This document shows positions 9,721 through 20,373 of a DNA stretch of 64,000 nucleotides, one piece after another; within the stretch, counting starts at the first letter, position 1; each line of letters starts with the position of its first letter. The DNA comes from an uncultured Nitrospiraceae bacterium. GTDB lineage: Bacteria; Nitrospirota; Nitrospiria; Nitrospirales; Nitrospiraceae. The translations under genes were made by a program, and so were the position numbers. Under the pieces are notes generated by a model. That model did not search any database. It was not told where the DNA came from and saw only the letters and a program-made list of their open reading frames with translations. The stretch lies in contig CAWJWJ010000002.1 of the NCBI GenBank assembly GCA_963846575.1, positions 1,696,001 through 1,760,000 of the forward strand, in the 5' to 3' direction.

Positions 9721-9780
9721 TTAACAAGGAGTTAACAACCTGCTAATAGGCCAGCAATTCCCACGTCATATCCTGTCACA
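9721..9780 (+). promoter_or_regulatory. Pho-box-like array upstream of pstS
   Basis: TTAACA(9721), TTAACA(9732), CTAATA(9743), GCAATT(9754), GTCATA(9765) at 11-bp period, plus GTCACA at 9775. Confidence 0.6.
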
Positions 9781-9855
9781 TCTCAAGAACGCCAATCCGA
9801 CGAGAGGGGTCGCAATACAGTGAGACGTTTCATCAATTTCTTACGGAGGGGTGAT

Positions 9856-11025
9856 ATGAAGAGAGCCCAGGAGACAGGTTCCGGATGGCGCCAGAGCGCT
9901 CGATTGGGCGTCACGGCGTTGGCCGCGACCGCCATGCTGGCCCTCTCGGGTGGATTGGCGGTCGCGGAACATGCCGGCCTTGGCGGTGATGGACGGCCGG
10001 CCGTCGATCCCGCGATCGAACCCTACACGAATCACAACGGTCTGCACGGCAAATTCAGCATTGCCGGCTCGGATACGATGCAACCGCTGATGTCCAAGTT
10101 GTCCGCCCAGTTTATGAGCCTGCACCCCGGGGTGGAGATTGCCGTCGAAGGGACGGGGTCGGGTGCCGCCATCCGGGAGTTTCAACTGGGCCTATCCTAT
10201 CAACGTCGTGGCGATAAGGTGCGCGGACGGGGAACCGGGGGGTCCAATCAGGTAGACCTGCTGGCCTCCTCCCGGCAGTTGACGGAAGAAGAACAGCGGG
10301 GGATCGAGTCCAGCCATGGGTCCCGTGCCCTCGAGGTCCCGATTGCAATGGACGCGGTCGCGATCTATGTGCACCAAAGCAATCCGATCCGGCAGCTCTC
10401 GTTGAACCAGATCGACGGCATCTTCAGCAAAAGCCACAAGCGCGGGACCGGACCCATTACCCAGTGGAGCCAGGTGGGACTGACGGATTCAGCGTTAGGG
10501 CAACAACCCATTCACATCTACGGACGTGACAAACGATCCGGCACCAGACAATTCTTCCAACATGTCGCGCTCAAGGACGGGGAACTGTTGGACACCGTGA
10601 CGGAGCAACCAGGCTCCGCATCCGAAATCATCGCGATCGCGCGGGACCCTCTCGCCATCGGTTATGCAGGGACCGGATTCAACATAGCCGCCGTGCGCCA
10701 GGTTCCGATTGTGGCAGAGGCTGGCCAAAACGCCGTCTTGCCTTCGATGGAGACCGTCACCTCCGGTTCCTATCCACTGGGCCGTTCCCTCTATGTCTAT
10801 GTGAAGAGAAATTCCAAAGACGCGCTGGATCCGTTCGTGGCGGAGTTTCTGTCCTTTGTGAACAGCCGTCAGGGACAAGAGACCGTAATACGCGCCAGCA
10901 TGTTCCCCCTCACCGGCCCGCAGGTGGCTAAGAATCTGGCTGAGTTGGGACTTCGAAAAGGTGCCATGGTCAATGTCCCGGAGAACGGGCAGAGTCTCCG
11001 GGTGGCGGAGGAGGCGGGACGATAA
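9856..11025 (+). CDS. pstS: Phosphate-binding periplasmic protein PstS family
   Basis: Signal peptide; IAGSDTM, GTGSG, ASSR, IAMDAVAIYVH, GRDKRSGT, GSYPLGRSLYVYV; GGAGG RBS before ATG 9856. Confidence 0.88.
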   Translation: MKRAQETGSGWRQSARLGVTALAATAMLALSGGLAVAEHAGLGGDGRPAVDPAIEPYTNHNGLHGKFSIAGSDTMQPLMSKLSAQFMSLHPGVEIAVEGTGSGAAIREFQLGLSYQRRGDKVRGRGTGGSNQVDLLASSRQLTEEEQRGIESSHGSRALEVPIAMDAVAIYVHQSNPIRQLSLNQIDGIFSKSHKRGTGPITQWSQVGLTDSALGQQPIHIYGRDKRSGTRQFFQHVALKDGELLDTVTEQPGSASEIIAIARDPLAIGYAGTGFNIAAVRQVPIVAEAGQNAVLPSMETVTSGSYPLGRSLYVYVKRNSKDALDPFVAEFLSFVNSRQGQETVIRASMFPLTGPQVAKNLAELGLRKGAMVNVPENGQSLRVAEEAGR

Positions 11026-11066
11026 CGACACGAGATCCATCCTATTCCGATCGCGTGCCGGGAACA

Positions 11067-11105
11067 GGGGAGCGTTCTGACCTCGTGAGAACGCTCCCTT
11101 TTTTT
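11067..11105 (+). terminator. Rho-independent terminator after pstS
   Basis: GGGAGCGTTCT / AGAACGCTCCC 11-bp stem followed by T7. Confidence 0.85.
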
Positions 11106-11204
11106 GCGCATGTCTGGTAGCATGCGTCCCGTCGGTGTTCACGCACGTCGTGGGGCATCGATCACCGAGACCCGTCCGACGAGTCGTTCACTGGAGATGA
11201 ACCC

Positions 11205-11900
11205 ATGAACAGAGTTCTCGTTCGAGCCCTGCTCACACTCACGTTCGTCACTTTGGCCGCGCAGGCGGGATGCAACAGCGCTCCGCCGCCGCGCACCTCC
11301 TATCAGGACCCGATTACCTCCATCAGATTGTATGTCGACGAGCGTGCCGGCGCCGGACACAGCCACCCGGCCCGGATTACGGCGGATCAACTGGCTCAGA
11401 CGCTCGGCGGCCTCCGGGTGATTCCCCGAACGGGATTCATCGGATCGTTGATCTCGGGTGACTCTCATGGCGTCCCGGCCTTCTCGTCAGCCGAGATCCG
11501 CACGCTGGCTCCGAAACTCAGCCGTGCCCTGGGCGAAGCCACTCCGAAGGAACTGGTCACATTCTATCGCCGGATCTCGGATCCCGGCGCGGGTCTGGCC
11601 ATTACCTCCGGAGGCCTGTTCGTGCGAGGCACCCATCTGTTTGTGATCTTAGCCAATGACCGCACCCTTCCAACTGACGGTATGAACCAGAACATGGTCT
11701 CGGACTTCGATCCGGTGGACAGTCCTTTGATCCCCATCTCCCGGACCAGCTTCCACGTCGATTTCATTCCCGCCACCGCCGTCGTCCCGGAACACCAACG
11801 CGAATCATGGCCCTACATCGATGACGGCAGAATCCTGGCGATCGACCTGCGGCAACTCGATCGTCATATGAAATCCCCTCAGCCGGCCATTGGCCACTAG
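11205..11900 (+). CDS. Hypothetical lipoprotein
   Basis: Lipobox-like QAGC after a hydrophobic signal; GGAG RBS. Confidence 0.65.
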   Translation: MNRVLVRALLTLTFVTLAAQAGCNSAPPPRTSYQDPITSIRLYVDERAGAGHSHPARITADQLAQTLGGLRVIPRTGFIGSLISGDSHGVPAFSSAEIRTLAPKLSRALGEATPKELVTFYRRISDPGAGLAITSGGLFVRGTHLFVILANDRTLPTDGMNQNMVSDFDPVDSPLIPISRTSFHVDFIPATAVVPEHQRESWPYIDDGRILAIDLRQLDRHMKSPQPAIGH

Positions 11901-12244
11901 ACCGCTTCCACCCCTGTAACTCTGCCCGGAATCGGGGTTCGAACCGAGAGACCACCTCACTCCAGCCCAGTCATGCTACCTGGGCGGCCGGCGAATGATC
12001 GCTGCTCATCTCGTTCCGGCCATTCCTGTCGCAGTCGGCCATCGAACGGCAAGGCAGACATCATTCGGGTCGGGACGTGAGCTGCAGGCGGGTCCTCACC
12101 GTGGGAACAAAGTCCATGGTGATCTCCGGCAAAACGGTTTCCTGTAGGTCCTCGAACGTGCTGTATTTCAGCGGGCGGGCGGGTTGCGGAAGGAGTCCGC
12201 AGCAGTGACTCCGGACTCCTCATGGTCATGGAGTAGAAGACAGG

Positions 12245-13756
12245 CTAGTTCCAGAACCATTGCGCTTGTAAACGCAATTGCGAGGCATCGAACGCCTCCT
12301 GTCGCTGGTTCGTCACTAACGTGCTGTTGAGGCCATCCTTGAAGACCCAGTCGGCACTGAACCGTAAGTGGGTGTCAGGCTCCCAGACCAGACCCAGGTT
12401 CCATGTTCGCGATTGGCCATCCGGAGCGCCATTCAATGATTTGAAGCCTCCATAATATTCCCCGTAGCGAACATAGGGAGTCAACATGCCGACATCGGAA
12501 TAGCGCCAGGTATAATATCCCTGAACGTAGCCGCCCACCACGCTGCTCTCCTCAATGAAATTCGTTTGGCCGTTCCGCTTGGGGCCCCGTCCGACCGTAA
12601 ACTCGGCCAAAACACCCCAGGGTTGCGGAGGGGTCCAGACGTACGCGGTGACGCGCTGATCCTTGATATCGCAGCCCCCTTCGGAACTCAGCGGACTGAT
12701 GCAACGGGCCGCACTGGCCACGTTGGGCTGGCTGGCCCCCTGAACACCGAAGACTCCGTGATAGGCCAGCACCCCGGTTTCTAACAATCGCCCGTTGCGG
12801 AACAGAAAGGGGTAGGCCACCTTAGCCCCGATGTGTTTGTCCTTGTTAAGCTCCAGGCGGTTTCGACTTTGTCCGTTATACACCATGATGCCGAAGACCC
12901 CGTAGTCGCCCGGTCCATTATGGTAGGCCGCCAATTGCGCGAACCGTTCCTGAGCGGTTTTCGGACTCCAGTAATAGGCGATGCCCAGATCCCGTTCTCC
13001 GGGCGCACCGCTCTGGACCGATTCGTGGCGATCCATTTCCTGCCGGTTGGTGCTCGACCGGTAAGTATCAAAGGCATTGGGGACACGATGGAGACCCAAG
13101 CGGATCCGGTTCACTTTATCCTTGGTCAGGTAAAAATCCGAATAGGCGTCGATCATTTCTGCGGCGGATAACTGTTGTTGGTTGCCCTCCAGCGCGAACT
13201 GCGTAAAAAACGCCACCCGTTCCGAAACCTGGCCTTGAAAGACGAGGCGGAGCCGTCTCGCATAAAATTCGTTCCCCTGCTGGTCACCGAAGCTATCGTT
13301 CAACGGCAAATCAAACCGCCTGTCCGTGGCACCCATGTTGTACCTGAATTGCATGTACCCGTTGATCCGTATACGCTCGTACCAGCGAGGATTCCCGGCC
13401 ATCTCTTGTTCCGCCGATTGCTCAAACACGCGGCGTTCTTCTTCGGCCTTCAGACGAATCCAGTCTTCCTGAGTGATGACACCTTTTTCCAGCAGCAGAC
13501 TTTCCAGGGACGTGCTTTCGATCGTGAGATTCTGTCCTGATGTCTCCCGCTCACTCTCCACCGCGGTCGGAATGGTAGATGGATTTCCCTGCAGCGTTCT
13601 CATGGATGGATCGGCGACCGTTGGTGCCTGAGCCAGCAGTCGAGGGCCAACCTGTTCTGAACCCGACCACCCCGGCAGTGGCGCTGCCAACCCCCAGCCT
13701 AGCAGGCAGATTGCCAAGGCAGGTCCCTTCATCACATGCTTCGCACGGTAATCCAT
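12245..13756 (-). CDS. Phosphate-selective porin OprO/OprP family
   Basis: Signal peptide; LLLEKGVITQEDW N-terminal motif; RINGYMQFRY, ARRLRLVFQG, IDAY; aromatic C-terminal strand LQAQWFWN; AAGGAGG RBS before ATG 13756. Confidence 0.75.
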   Translation of the reverse strand: MDYRAKHVMKGPALAICLLGWGLAAPLPGWSGSEQVGPRLLAQAPTVADPSMRTLQGNPSTIPTAVESERETSGQNLTIESTSLESLLLEKGVITQEDWIRLKAEEERRVFEQSAEQEMAGNPRWYERIRINGYMQFRYNMGATDRRFDLPLNDSFGDQQGNEFYARRLRLVFQGQVSERVAFFTQFALEGNQQQLSAAEMIDAYSDFYLTKDKVNRIRLGLHRVPNAFDTYRSSTNRQEMDRHESVQSGAPGERDLGIAYYWSPKTAQERFAQLAAYHNGPGDYGVFGIMVYNGQSRNRLELNKDKHIGAKVAYPFLFRNGRLLETGVLAYHGVFGVQGASQPNVASAARCISPLSSEGGCDIKDQRVTAYVWTPPQPWGVLAEFTVGRGPKRNGQTNFIEESSVVGGYVQGYYTWRYSDVGMLTPYVRYGEYYGGFKSLNGAPDGQSRTWNLGLVWEPDTHLRFSADWVFKDGLNSTLVTNQRQEAFDASQLRLQAQWFWN

Positions 13757-13924
13757 TCGTTCCTCCTTGATTGTGGATAATCTACGCTCACAATATGTGC
13801 CACATCCGCGATCGAAACCATCGGCCCGGTGTGGTTGCCGTGCGTGCCGAATGTGCCGCCGTTCTACCACCTGCATATGTCCTTTTGGCTGGAGCCATTT
13901 CACGCGCCGAGTATCGTGTGACGG

Positions 13925-13974
13925 CGTGACGAATCCATCACCGCATTGTTAAGAATCGGTAAACGCCATGTGAA
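13925..13974 (-). promoter_or_regulatory. Pho-box-like array upstream of the porin
   Basis: Minus strand TTCACA-N5-TTTACC-N5-TTAACA-N5-GTGATG-N5-GTCACG, exact 11-bp period. Confidence 0.65.
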
Positions 13975-13995
13975 GCGGGTAGTCGGGCAGGCAAA

Positions 13996-14035
13996 TGTAA
14001 CGCCCTTGTAACCTCCTGACAACCCGCCGACAACT
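13996..14035 (+). promoter_or_regulatory. Pho-box-like array upstream of the response regulator
   Basis: TGTAAC(13996), TGTAAC(14007), GACAAC(14018), GACAAC(14029), exact 11-bp period. Confidence 0.65.
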
Positions 14036-14076
14036 CATCCCCGGTATGGTGGGCATCATTCTCGGAAGACTCCACC

Positions 14077-14766
14077 ATGACGGCCTCTACGACCCCCATG
14101 CTCTTCGTGTCCGGCGACCGTTCGGCCGCCCAGTTTTTGGAGCAAGTCTTCAGGAACCAAGGCTATGCGCTGAACATCGCGCCCACCTGGTCGTTGGCGC
14201 AGCAGGAAATCCGGCGGGTGCGTCCCGCCGTGATTCTGCTGGACCGGCAGCTCATCGCCAGGGAAGCCGTGGATCCAAGGCAAATCCATCCTGCCGTTCC
14301 CACCATCGTGCTACAGCCGTTCGACCAGTCCTGCGGCCCCGATGATTGTGTCTCCGACCTCGACGCCGGGTTCGATCTGGTGTTCTGTTCCCCCCGGTAT
14401 CGTGAGCTGATCGCGCACATCAGGGCCATTCTCCGCCGGCAACACATGGAATCGGCCCCGCAGTCGCTGTTGCTGGTCAACGGCATCGCGATGGACATCG
14501 CCCGCCACGAAGTGATGGTGGCGGGACGGCTGGTCGAATTGACTCCGAAGGAGTACCAGATCCTGCGCCAGTTTCTACAGGAACCCGGCGTAGTTTTGAC
14601 CCGGCAAATTCTCCTCGACCGGGTCTGGGGGGAGAATTACGCGCTCGAGGAACATGCGTTGGACGTGCACATCCATTCCTTGCGCCAAAAAATCGAGCCC
14701 GATCCCTCCACGCCCGTCCATGTCATTACGATACGCGGCCTCGGTTATAAACTTCAGGCCAGCTGA
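14077..14766 (+). CDS. OmpR/PhoB-family transcription regulator with atypical receiver
   Basis: Canonical wHTH (LTPKEYQIL, TRQILLDRVWG, LDVHIHSLRQKIE, TIRGLGY); degenerate receiver. Confidence 0.85.
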   Translation: MTASTTPMLFVSGDRSAAQFLEQVFRNQGYALNIAPTWSLAQQEIRRVRPAVILLDRQLIAREAVDPRQIHPAVPTIVLQPFDQSCGPDDCVSDLDAGFDLVFCSPRYRELIAHIRAILRRQHMESAPQSLLLVNGIAMDIARHEVMVAGRLVELTPKEYQILRQFLQEPGVVLTRQILLDRVWGENYALEEHALDVHIHSLRQKIEPDPSTPVHVITIRGLGYKLQAS

Positions 14767-15016
14767 CGTCCATCGACACCCCTGACCCGGTTCCATCCAC
14801 CTCCAGACCCGTGGTCTGCGACGAATTGGAACGTGCACAGTTGGCATCGTGTACCGCACCAGGGCAGGCACTCTCTGCACCGGCACAGGGGTCCTGGTAT
14901 CGTCCGGCAGATGGGATATATGGAGCTCTGGCTCGGTGGAGAGGGGGCTTCGCCGGCTCCCGGGTCACCACCCGGGATAGCGGGAGGTCACCGGGAGACC
15001 TGTTCGACCACGGGAG

Positions 15017-15400
15017 CTAGAATTCATCCACCGAGACCGGCTGCAGGAGGTCACGTACAGACAGCACTCCGACGATCGCCCCGCCTCTCATGACCGCGAG
15101 GTGCCGCGTCCCATGCTGCTGCATCAGATCGGCGGCTTCCGTGATGGGGCGTCGCTCGTCGATCCCAATGACGGGCGTGCTCATGATGGCTTCCACCCGG
15201 ACGAAATAGGGTTGACGGCTCTCTCCCACCACTTTCCTCACGATATCCGGCTCCGTCACGATTCCCACCAGTCGTTCATGTTGCTCGACAAAGAGGCTGC
15301 CGACTCGGCATTCCGTCATCATTCGCGCGGCCTGGTCCACGGAGGTGCCGGCTTGAACCTTCACCAGATCTCTGGTCATCAACTCGCTGATCGTTACCAT
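15017..15400 (-). CDS. CBS domain pair protein
   Basis: MVTISELMTRD, LVGIVTEPDI, IVGVLSVRDL; GAGGAG RBS before ATG 15400. Confidence 0.85.
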   Translation of the reverse strand: MVTISELMTRDLVKVQAGTSVDQAARMMTECRVGSLFVEQHERLVGIVTEPDIVRKVVGESRQPYFVRVEAIMSTPVIGIDERRPITEAADLMQQHGTRHLAVMRGGAIVGVLSVRDLLQPVSVDEF

Positions 15401-15874
15401 GGTGACTCTCCTCTCTTCAGTGTGTAACACGGGATTTTTTGGCACCGGCGGCTCCATCGCGACCCGGCGCTCCGACTTACGGCTCGTCAAGACTCGCGGG
15501 CTGCACCGATCCTGGTCATAGGGACATACGTTCCATTGGCATGGCGCATTCGCAAGATGGGTTACATTTCCTTTCTGTTCATTCCAATGAGTGTTCGCAT
15601 CGCGTACAGGATTGGCGTCCAGGCGAGCGTAAATGAGGCGCCCCTCGCCGGAAGACTGGCCGCTTTGACCATGCGCATGAACTCCTTCCGTTGAATCGCA
15701 CTCTGAGGAATGGCTCCTCAAGGCTATCCCGCGAAAGTTCCATCGGCGTCAGGCTTGGGTCAATTATGTGTTACGTAGTGCCCTGGAACGATATACAGGC
15801 AGAGGCTGCGAGGAGCTGGAGCGGCACGGGCGAGGAGTGCCCATGCCGCGAGAGTCGAAGACGGGCGGGAGAAA

Positions 15875-16450
15875 CTAATCTTTCACGACGAAATGCACGC
15901 TCCGGTTCTTTTGCCAGCAGACCGGATTATGTTGCAGACAGAGGGGACGATCTTTGCCGTAGCTGGTGACATCCACCTGCATTGCGCTGAACCCCAAGGA
16001 TTCAAGATACCGTTTCACCGAGAGGGCCCGTCGTTCTCCCAACACAAGATTGTATTCGGCGGTGCCGACTTCATCGCAACGACCTTCCAGGACCACCCGG
16101 GTCACCTGATGATCCTTCAACCGCTTGGCATTGTCCTCCACAGCCGTGAGGGCATCGTCGCGCAGCACGTATTGATCGAAATCGAACAGCACATCCGGAA
16201 AGGGAATATTCTGTTCCCCGGTGGCATTGCGGGCGGCCATTTCGGTTGATCGAAGGGGAATCGGAGCAGCCTCAGGCGGGGGCGCCATTTCCTGGACCGG
16301 GGCGGCAACAACGCGCTCCTCCGCGCGGGGCTTGGGAGCCGTGGTCGCGGTACCTCCACTGGTGACCGATTTGTTTGCACAGCCGTCAAGAAACAAAGGG
16401 CCGGCGACGGCAAAGAGTCCCAGCAGGACAAATGGACGCAAACGAATCAT
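15875..16450 (-). CDS. pal: Peptidoglycan-associated lipoprotein (OmpA/Pal family)
   Basis: Lipobox LDGC; FDFDQY, EGRCDEVGTAEYNLVLGERRA, SYGKDRP, NRSVHF. Confidence 0.85.
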   Translation of the reverse strand: MIRLRPFVLLGLFAVAGPLFLDGCANKSVTSGGTATTAPKPRAEERVVAAPVQEMAPPPEAAPIPLRSTEMAARNATGEQNIPFPDVLFDFDQYVLRDDALTAVEDNAKRLKDHQVTRVVLEGRCDEVGTAEYNLVLGERRALSVKRYLESLGFSAMQVDVTSYGKDRPLCLQHNPVCWQKNRSVHFVVKD

Positions 16451-16524
16451 GAAAACCTCCAGCGCAGGTTGGGTTCGTGGATTCTACGGGGCACAGAATA
16501 ATCAAATCGCGCAAGCGAGGCAAG

Positions 16525-19500
16525 TTACTTCTTCGGAACGCACAGCTCGTACAAGCGTCCGGGCTCCGGCAGGGGTTCCCAACGCAAGATGTTCATTGCA
16601 TCATCGACATAGGCCGGTGAGCGCATGCCGTTGAGCACGGAGGTCACCCCCGGCGTGCTGGCGAGAATCCAGAGGGCCTTCTGTGACAGGGAGGCCGTAC
16701 GTGTGGGTTCAGGCAAGAGGGGATTCAAGGTTCGATGCACGTCCTCAGCACGGAGACGGCTCCGTTCGGCAGCCTCCCACTGGAGCGCTTTCAGCAATGC
16801 CAACAGCTCCGGCACATACCGGTCACGCCAGCCTTCCCACTGCTCGGCCACCGTTCCGGTGAATGCCTCCGAGAGCGCCTTCATGACCTGGTTGACGTGG
16901 GGCGCGATCATCTGTTGTTCGATCTGTTCCCAATGTTCGAGTCCCTGGACCTGGGTACGTATCCGATTCAGTTCATCGGCCCAGCGAAAGAACTCGCCCG
17001 GCAACATTCCCTGCCCGCCATGAGCCACGGCCGGCGCCAGGTCCTTCCGATACTCTTCCTCCAATCGCGCGACGCTCTGCCGCTGCCTCTCAAACTCCAC
17101 GGGGGCTGGCTGGGCCGGGACGTCAGCCAGCCGCAGGACGCCGCCCCGGGTTAAGGGCATGGCATTGAGCGGACGGTTGACCAGCACCGCCGTCCCCTCC
17201 CTCAAGGCTTCGTCCAACAAGGTGTGGTCCTCTTGGGGACCGGTGTTCCGCACCAATGCCGCACCGGATTCGTAGAGATTCATCGGGCATTGCAGGACGG
17301 CGAAGTGGTGAACGGCCACCCCGACCTTGTGGGCTGCGGCCTTAGCCGCCGCATGCATACGCGAGAGCGAGGTGGCGCCGGGATCGTCAGGGGCCGCGGT
17401 GGAGGTATTCGAAGAGACGCCATAGTGACGAAGACGCCCCGCCTGCACCTGCGTTTCACAGTATTCAAACGCCAGCTGGAGACGCGCGTAGAATTCATGG
17501 CGCAGTTCACCCACACTGCGACTCTCCGTGGCGCCAAGACGGGTCTCGTGGGAGAGAAAATATTCAGGATTATGCAGCAGGCAGACATCCAAGGTCGCCA
17601 GCCCGAGGCGATCCAGCGATTGCGTCAGTTGGTCGGCTAGAAAGTCCGGATGAATGCAATGCCAGATATCCTCACCGTATTTGACCATGTCCGGGTAGGG
17701 CTTCCCGGCTTTCTCCCGTGCCCGGGCCTGGACGAGATTCTGTCCCTGAACGTAACCGATCTTCGACACGACGATCAGTTCTTCGCGGCGCAACTCGCCG
17801 GCACCGATCAACTGTTGCAGAACATTGCCCACCAGTTGCTCGCTTTCGCCGTCCATGTAATTGGTAGAGGTATCGATCAGGTTGCATCCCAGGCGGAGCG
17901 CCTTCACCAGGGCCTCCCGCTGCTCGGCCTCCCGCTGCCCGACGCGATAGGTCCCGAACCCGAGCCGGCTTACCGTGAGACCGGTTGCCCCGAACGGCCC
18001 GAATCCCTTGGCCAGAGATCCGGTGCCGGAGCTGTCGTGAATCTTTCGCGCGGCATAGGCCGCCGTGCCTTGGACAGTCGCCGCGCCGGGCACGACTGTG
18101 CCTCCCAAGACCTTCTGCTCTAAGGGGGACGATGCGGCAGCGGGCGACAGGTGCGCCTGCAGCAGAGCCGGAAGCTCAGCCGGATCGGTAATCGGCTGCC
18201 GACAGGCGAAGTTCCGGCAGACGTAGAGTGAGGCCTTCCCGCCAATCAGCGTCTTGCCTTTCAATAAGGGATGGCTGGTCTCGGGCTCTTCAGGATTTCG
18301 ATGCGCGAGGATACGGTTCGGCAGATAGACCCGGTTCACCGCGGCGCGCAAGGGCGCCGTGCCAGGATCGTCCGGCGAGCCGATCAAGGCCACTTCCACG
18401 GGTCCAGTCGTCAGGAGATCCACCACCAGGAGACTTTTGGCGAATGCTCTTGGATAACGAGCGATCTGACGACCATAGGCGCGGACAGCCGCCGCCGCCG
18501 CACGGCGGAATTCATCCCGGTCGAAGTGGGAGGCCAATCTGGCCAGCGCCGAAGCCGCCACCGCATTCCCGCTCGGCGTCGCGCCGTCCGGTCCTTCGCG
18601 GCTCCGCATGATCAAAGCTTCGTGCCCCGTCGCCGTGGTAAAAAATCCGCCATGGGTCTCGTCGGCAAAGTCCGCCAGAAGCCGCTCGGCCAGACGGGCG
18701 GCTTCCGATAAATACCGTTCACTGCCGCCGGCTTCGTACGTCTCGATCAAGCCTTCGGCGAAATAGGCGTAGTCCTCAAGATAGGCATCCAGGTGGGCCG
18801 TGCCAGCCCGATAGGTCCGCAACAGTCGCCCATCCGGCTTGGAGAGGCTGGCAAGAAGAAAGTCCGACGCTCGACAGGCCGCATCACAGTACCTCGGCAT
18901 GTCGAACACACGCCCGGCTTCCGCCATGGCGCTGATCATCATTCCATTCCATGCCGTGATGACCTTGTCATCCAGGCCTGGAGCGATTCGTTTCGCGCGC
19001 GCCGCATAGACCTTCGGTTTGACTCGATCGAGAGTCTGCTGCAACTCATCCGCGCTGATGCCTAACTCGTTCGCCACGACGTCGATGGACTTTGGGGTAT
19101 GCAGGACATTTTTGTGTTCCCAATTCCCACCGTCGGTCACGTCGTAGTAGGCGCAGAACCGCCTCGCGTCCTCGTCACTGTCCACCGCCATCCGGATTTC
19201 TTCCGCTGTCCAGACGAAGAACTTCCCTTCGACCCCTTCGGAGTCGGCGTCGGTTGCGGAATAGAACCCTCCTTCGGGGGACGTCATTTCATTCAGGATG
19301 TAATCCAATGTCTCGCAGGCCACGCGGCGATAATTTTTGTCGCCGGTCACCTGATAGGCTTCGACGTACACGCGAGCCAGCAGGGCATTGTCGTACAGCA
19401 TTTTTTCGAAATGGGGCACCAGCCAGCGTTCATCGGTGGAGTAGCGGGCAAAGCCGCCTCCCACCTGGTCATAGATTCCGCCCGCCGCCATGGCATCAAG

Positions 19501-20223
19501 GGTTTTGCGCACCATCGTAAGGGTGTGGGCGTCGTTCGTGCGCTGGTAACAGTGCAGCAAGAGGGAGAGGCCGGTCGCCGGCGGAAACTTGGGGGCCCCG
19601 CCGAATCCTCCATGTTTGGCATCGAAGTCTTCCGCGAACTGAGTCACGGCTGTATCGAGTTCCGCTTCACCGACCGTGGTCGGGGAGGGGGCATGACCGC
19701 CTTCCTGCAGACGCGCCGTGAGACTCGCCGCCTGAGCCACGACTCCATCCCGATCTTTTTCCCAGTATTCGGCGATTTTTTGTAACAGCGTCGGAAACCC
19801 GGGCCGGCCCCATCGATCCTCAGGCGGGAAATAGGTGCCGGCAAAAAACGGTTTCTGATCCGGGGTGAGAAACACCGTCATCGGCCATCCGCCTTGATTG
19901 CGATTCAAGGCCAGGGTCGCCTGCATGTAAATTTCATCCAGATCCGGCCGCTCTTCCCGATCGACTTTGACGCAGACGAAATGGTCATTCATCAGACGGG
20001 CGATCGATTCATTTTCGAACGATTCCCGCTCCATCACATGGCACCAGTGACAGGAGGAATAGCCGATCGAGAGCAGAATCGGGCGTTTCAGGCGCGCGGC
20101 CTGAGCCAGTGCCTCAGGCCCCCAGGGATACCAGTCCACGGGGTTGTACGCATGTTGAAGGAGGTACGGACTCGTCTGATGAATGAGGCGATTCGGCTGG
20201 CGATCGGCGGTGTTGTGTGTCAT
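16525..20223 (-). CDS. Thioredoxin-domain DUF255/YyaL (SSP411-like) protein fused to an aldo/keto reductase
   Basis: [48 protein letters not shown]-terminal [33 protein letters not shown]. Confidence 0.88.
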   Translation of the reverse strand: MTHNTADRQPNRLIHQTSPYLLQHAYNPVDWYPWGPEALAQAARLKRPILLSIGYSSCHWCHVMERESFENESIARLMNDHFVCVKVDREERPDLDEIYMQATLALNRNQGGWPMTVFLTPDQKPFFAGTYFPPEDRWGRPGFPTLLQKIAEYWEKDRDGVVAQAASLTARLQEGGHAPSPTTVGEAELDTAVTQFAEDFDAKHGGFGGAPKFPPATGLSLLLHCYQRTNDAHTLTMVRKTLDAMAAGGIYDQVGGGFARYSTDERWLVPHFEKMLYDNALLARVYVEAYQVTGDKNYRRVACETLDYILNEMTSPEGGFYSATDADSEGVEGKFFVWTAEEIRMAVDSDEDARRFCAYYDVTDGGNWEHKNVLHTPKSIDVVANELGISADELQQTLDRVKPKVYAARAKRIAPGLDDKVITAWNGMMISAMAEAGRVFDMPRYCDAACRASDFLLASLSKPDGRLLRTYRAGTAHLDAYLEDYAYFAEGLIETYEAGGSERYLSEAARLAERLLADFADETHGGFFTTATGHEALIMRSREGPDGATPSGNAVAASALARLASHFDRDEFRRAAAAAVRAYGRQIARYPRAFAKSLLVVDLLTTGPVEVALIGSPDDPGTAPLRAAVNRVYLPNRILAHRNPEEPETSHPLLKGKTLIGGKASLYVCRNFACRQPITDPAELPALLQAHLSPAAASSPLEQKVLGGTVVPGAATVQGTAAYAARKIHDSSGTGSLAKGFGPFGATGLTVSRLGFGTYRVGQREAEQREALVKALRLGCNLIDTSTNYMDGESEQLVGNVLQQLIGAGELRREELIVVSKIGYVQGQNLVQARAREKAGKPYPDMVKYGEDIWHCIHPDFLADQLTQSLDRLGLATLDVCLLHNPEYFLSHETRLGATESRSVGELRHEFYARLQLAFEYCETQVQAGRLRHYGVSSNTSTAAPDDPGATSLSRMHAAAKAAAHKVGVAVHHFAVLQCPMNLYESGAALVRNTGPQEDHTLLDEALREGTAVLVNRPLNAMPLTRGGVLRLADVPAQPAPVEFERQRQSVARLEEEYRKDLAPAVAHGGQGMLPGEFFRWADELNRIRTQVQGLEHWEQIEQQMIAPHVNQVMKALSEAFTGTVAEQWEGWRDRYVPELLALLKALQWEAAERSRLRAEDVHRTLNPLLPEPTRTASLSQKALWILASTPGVTSVLNGMRSPAYVDDAMNILRWEPLPEPGRLYELCVPKK

Positions 20224-20299
20224 GCGCGAACCGTATCACGCGTCGATCAAACGGGTCAATAAAGTGATACGGGGTGAGCGGAACGTGATCGCGCCGGAC

Positions 20300-20342
20300 A
20301 AAAAAATTGGCTCGCGCCGGCCTCCGGACTCGCGAGCCAATT
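20300..20342 (-). terminator. Rho-independent terminator after the repeat peptide gene
   Basis: AATTGGCTCGCG / CGCGAGCCAATT stem with a T-run on the minus strand. Confidence 0.75.
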
Positions 20343-20373
20343 AGAGACTAGGAAAGAACGCGGGGACCTGGAA

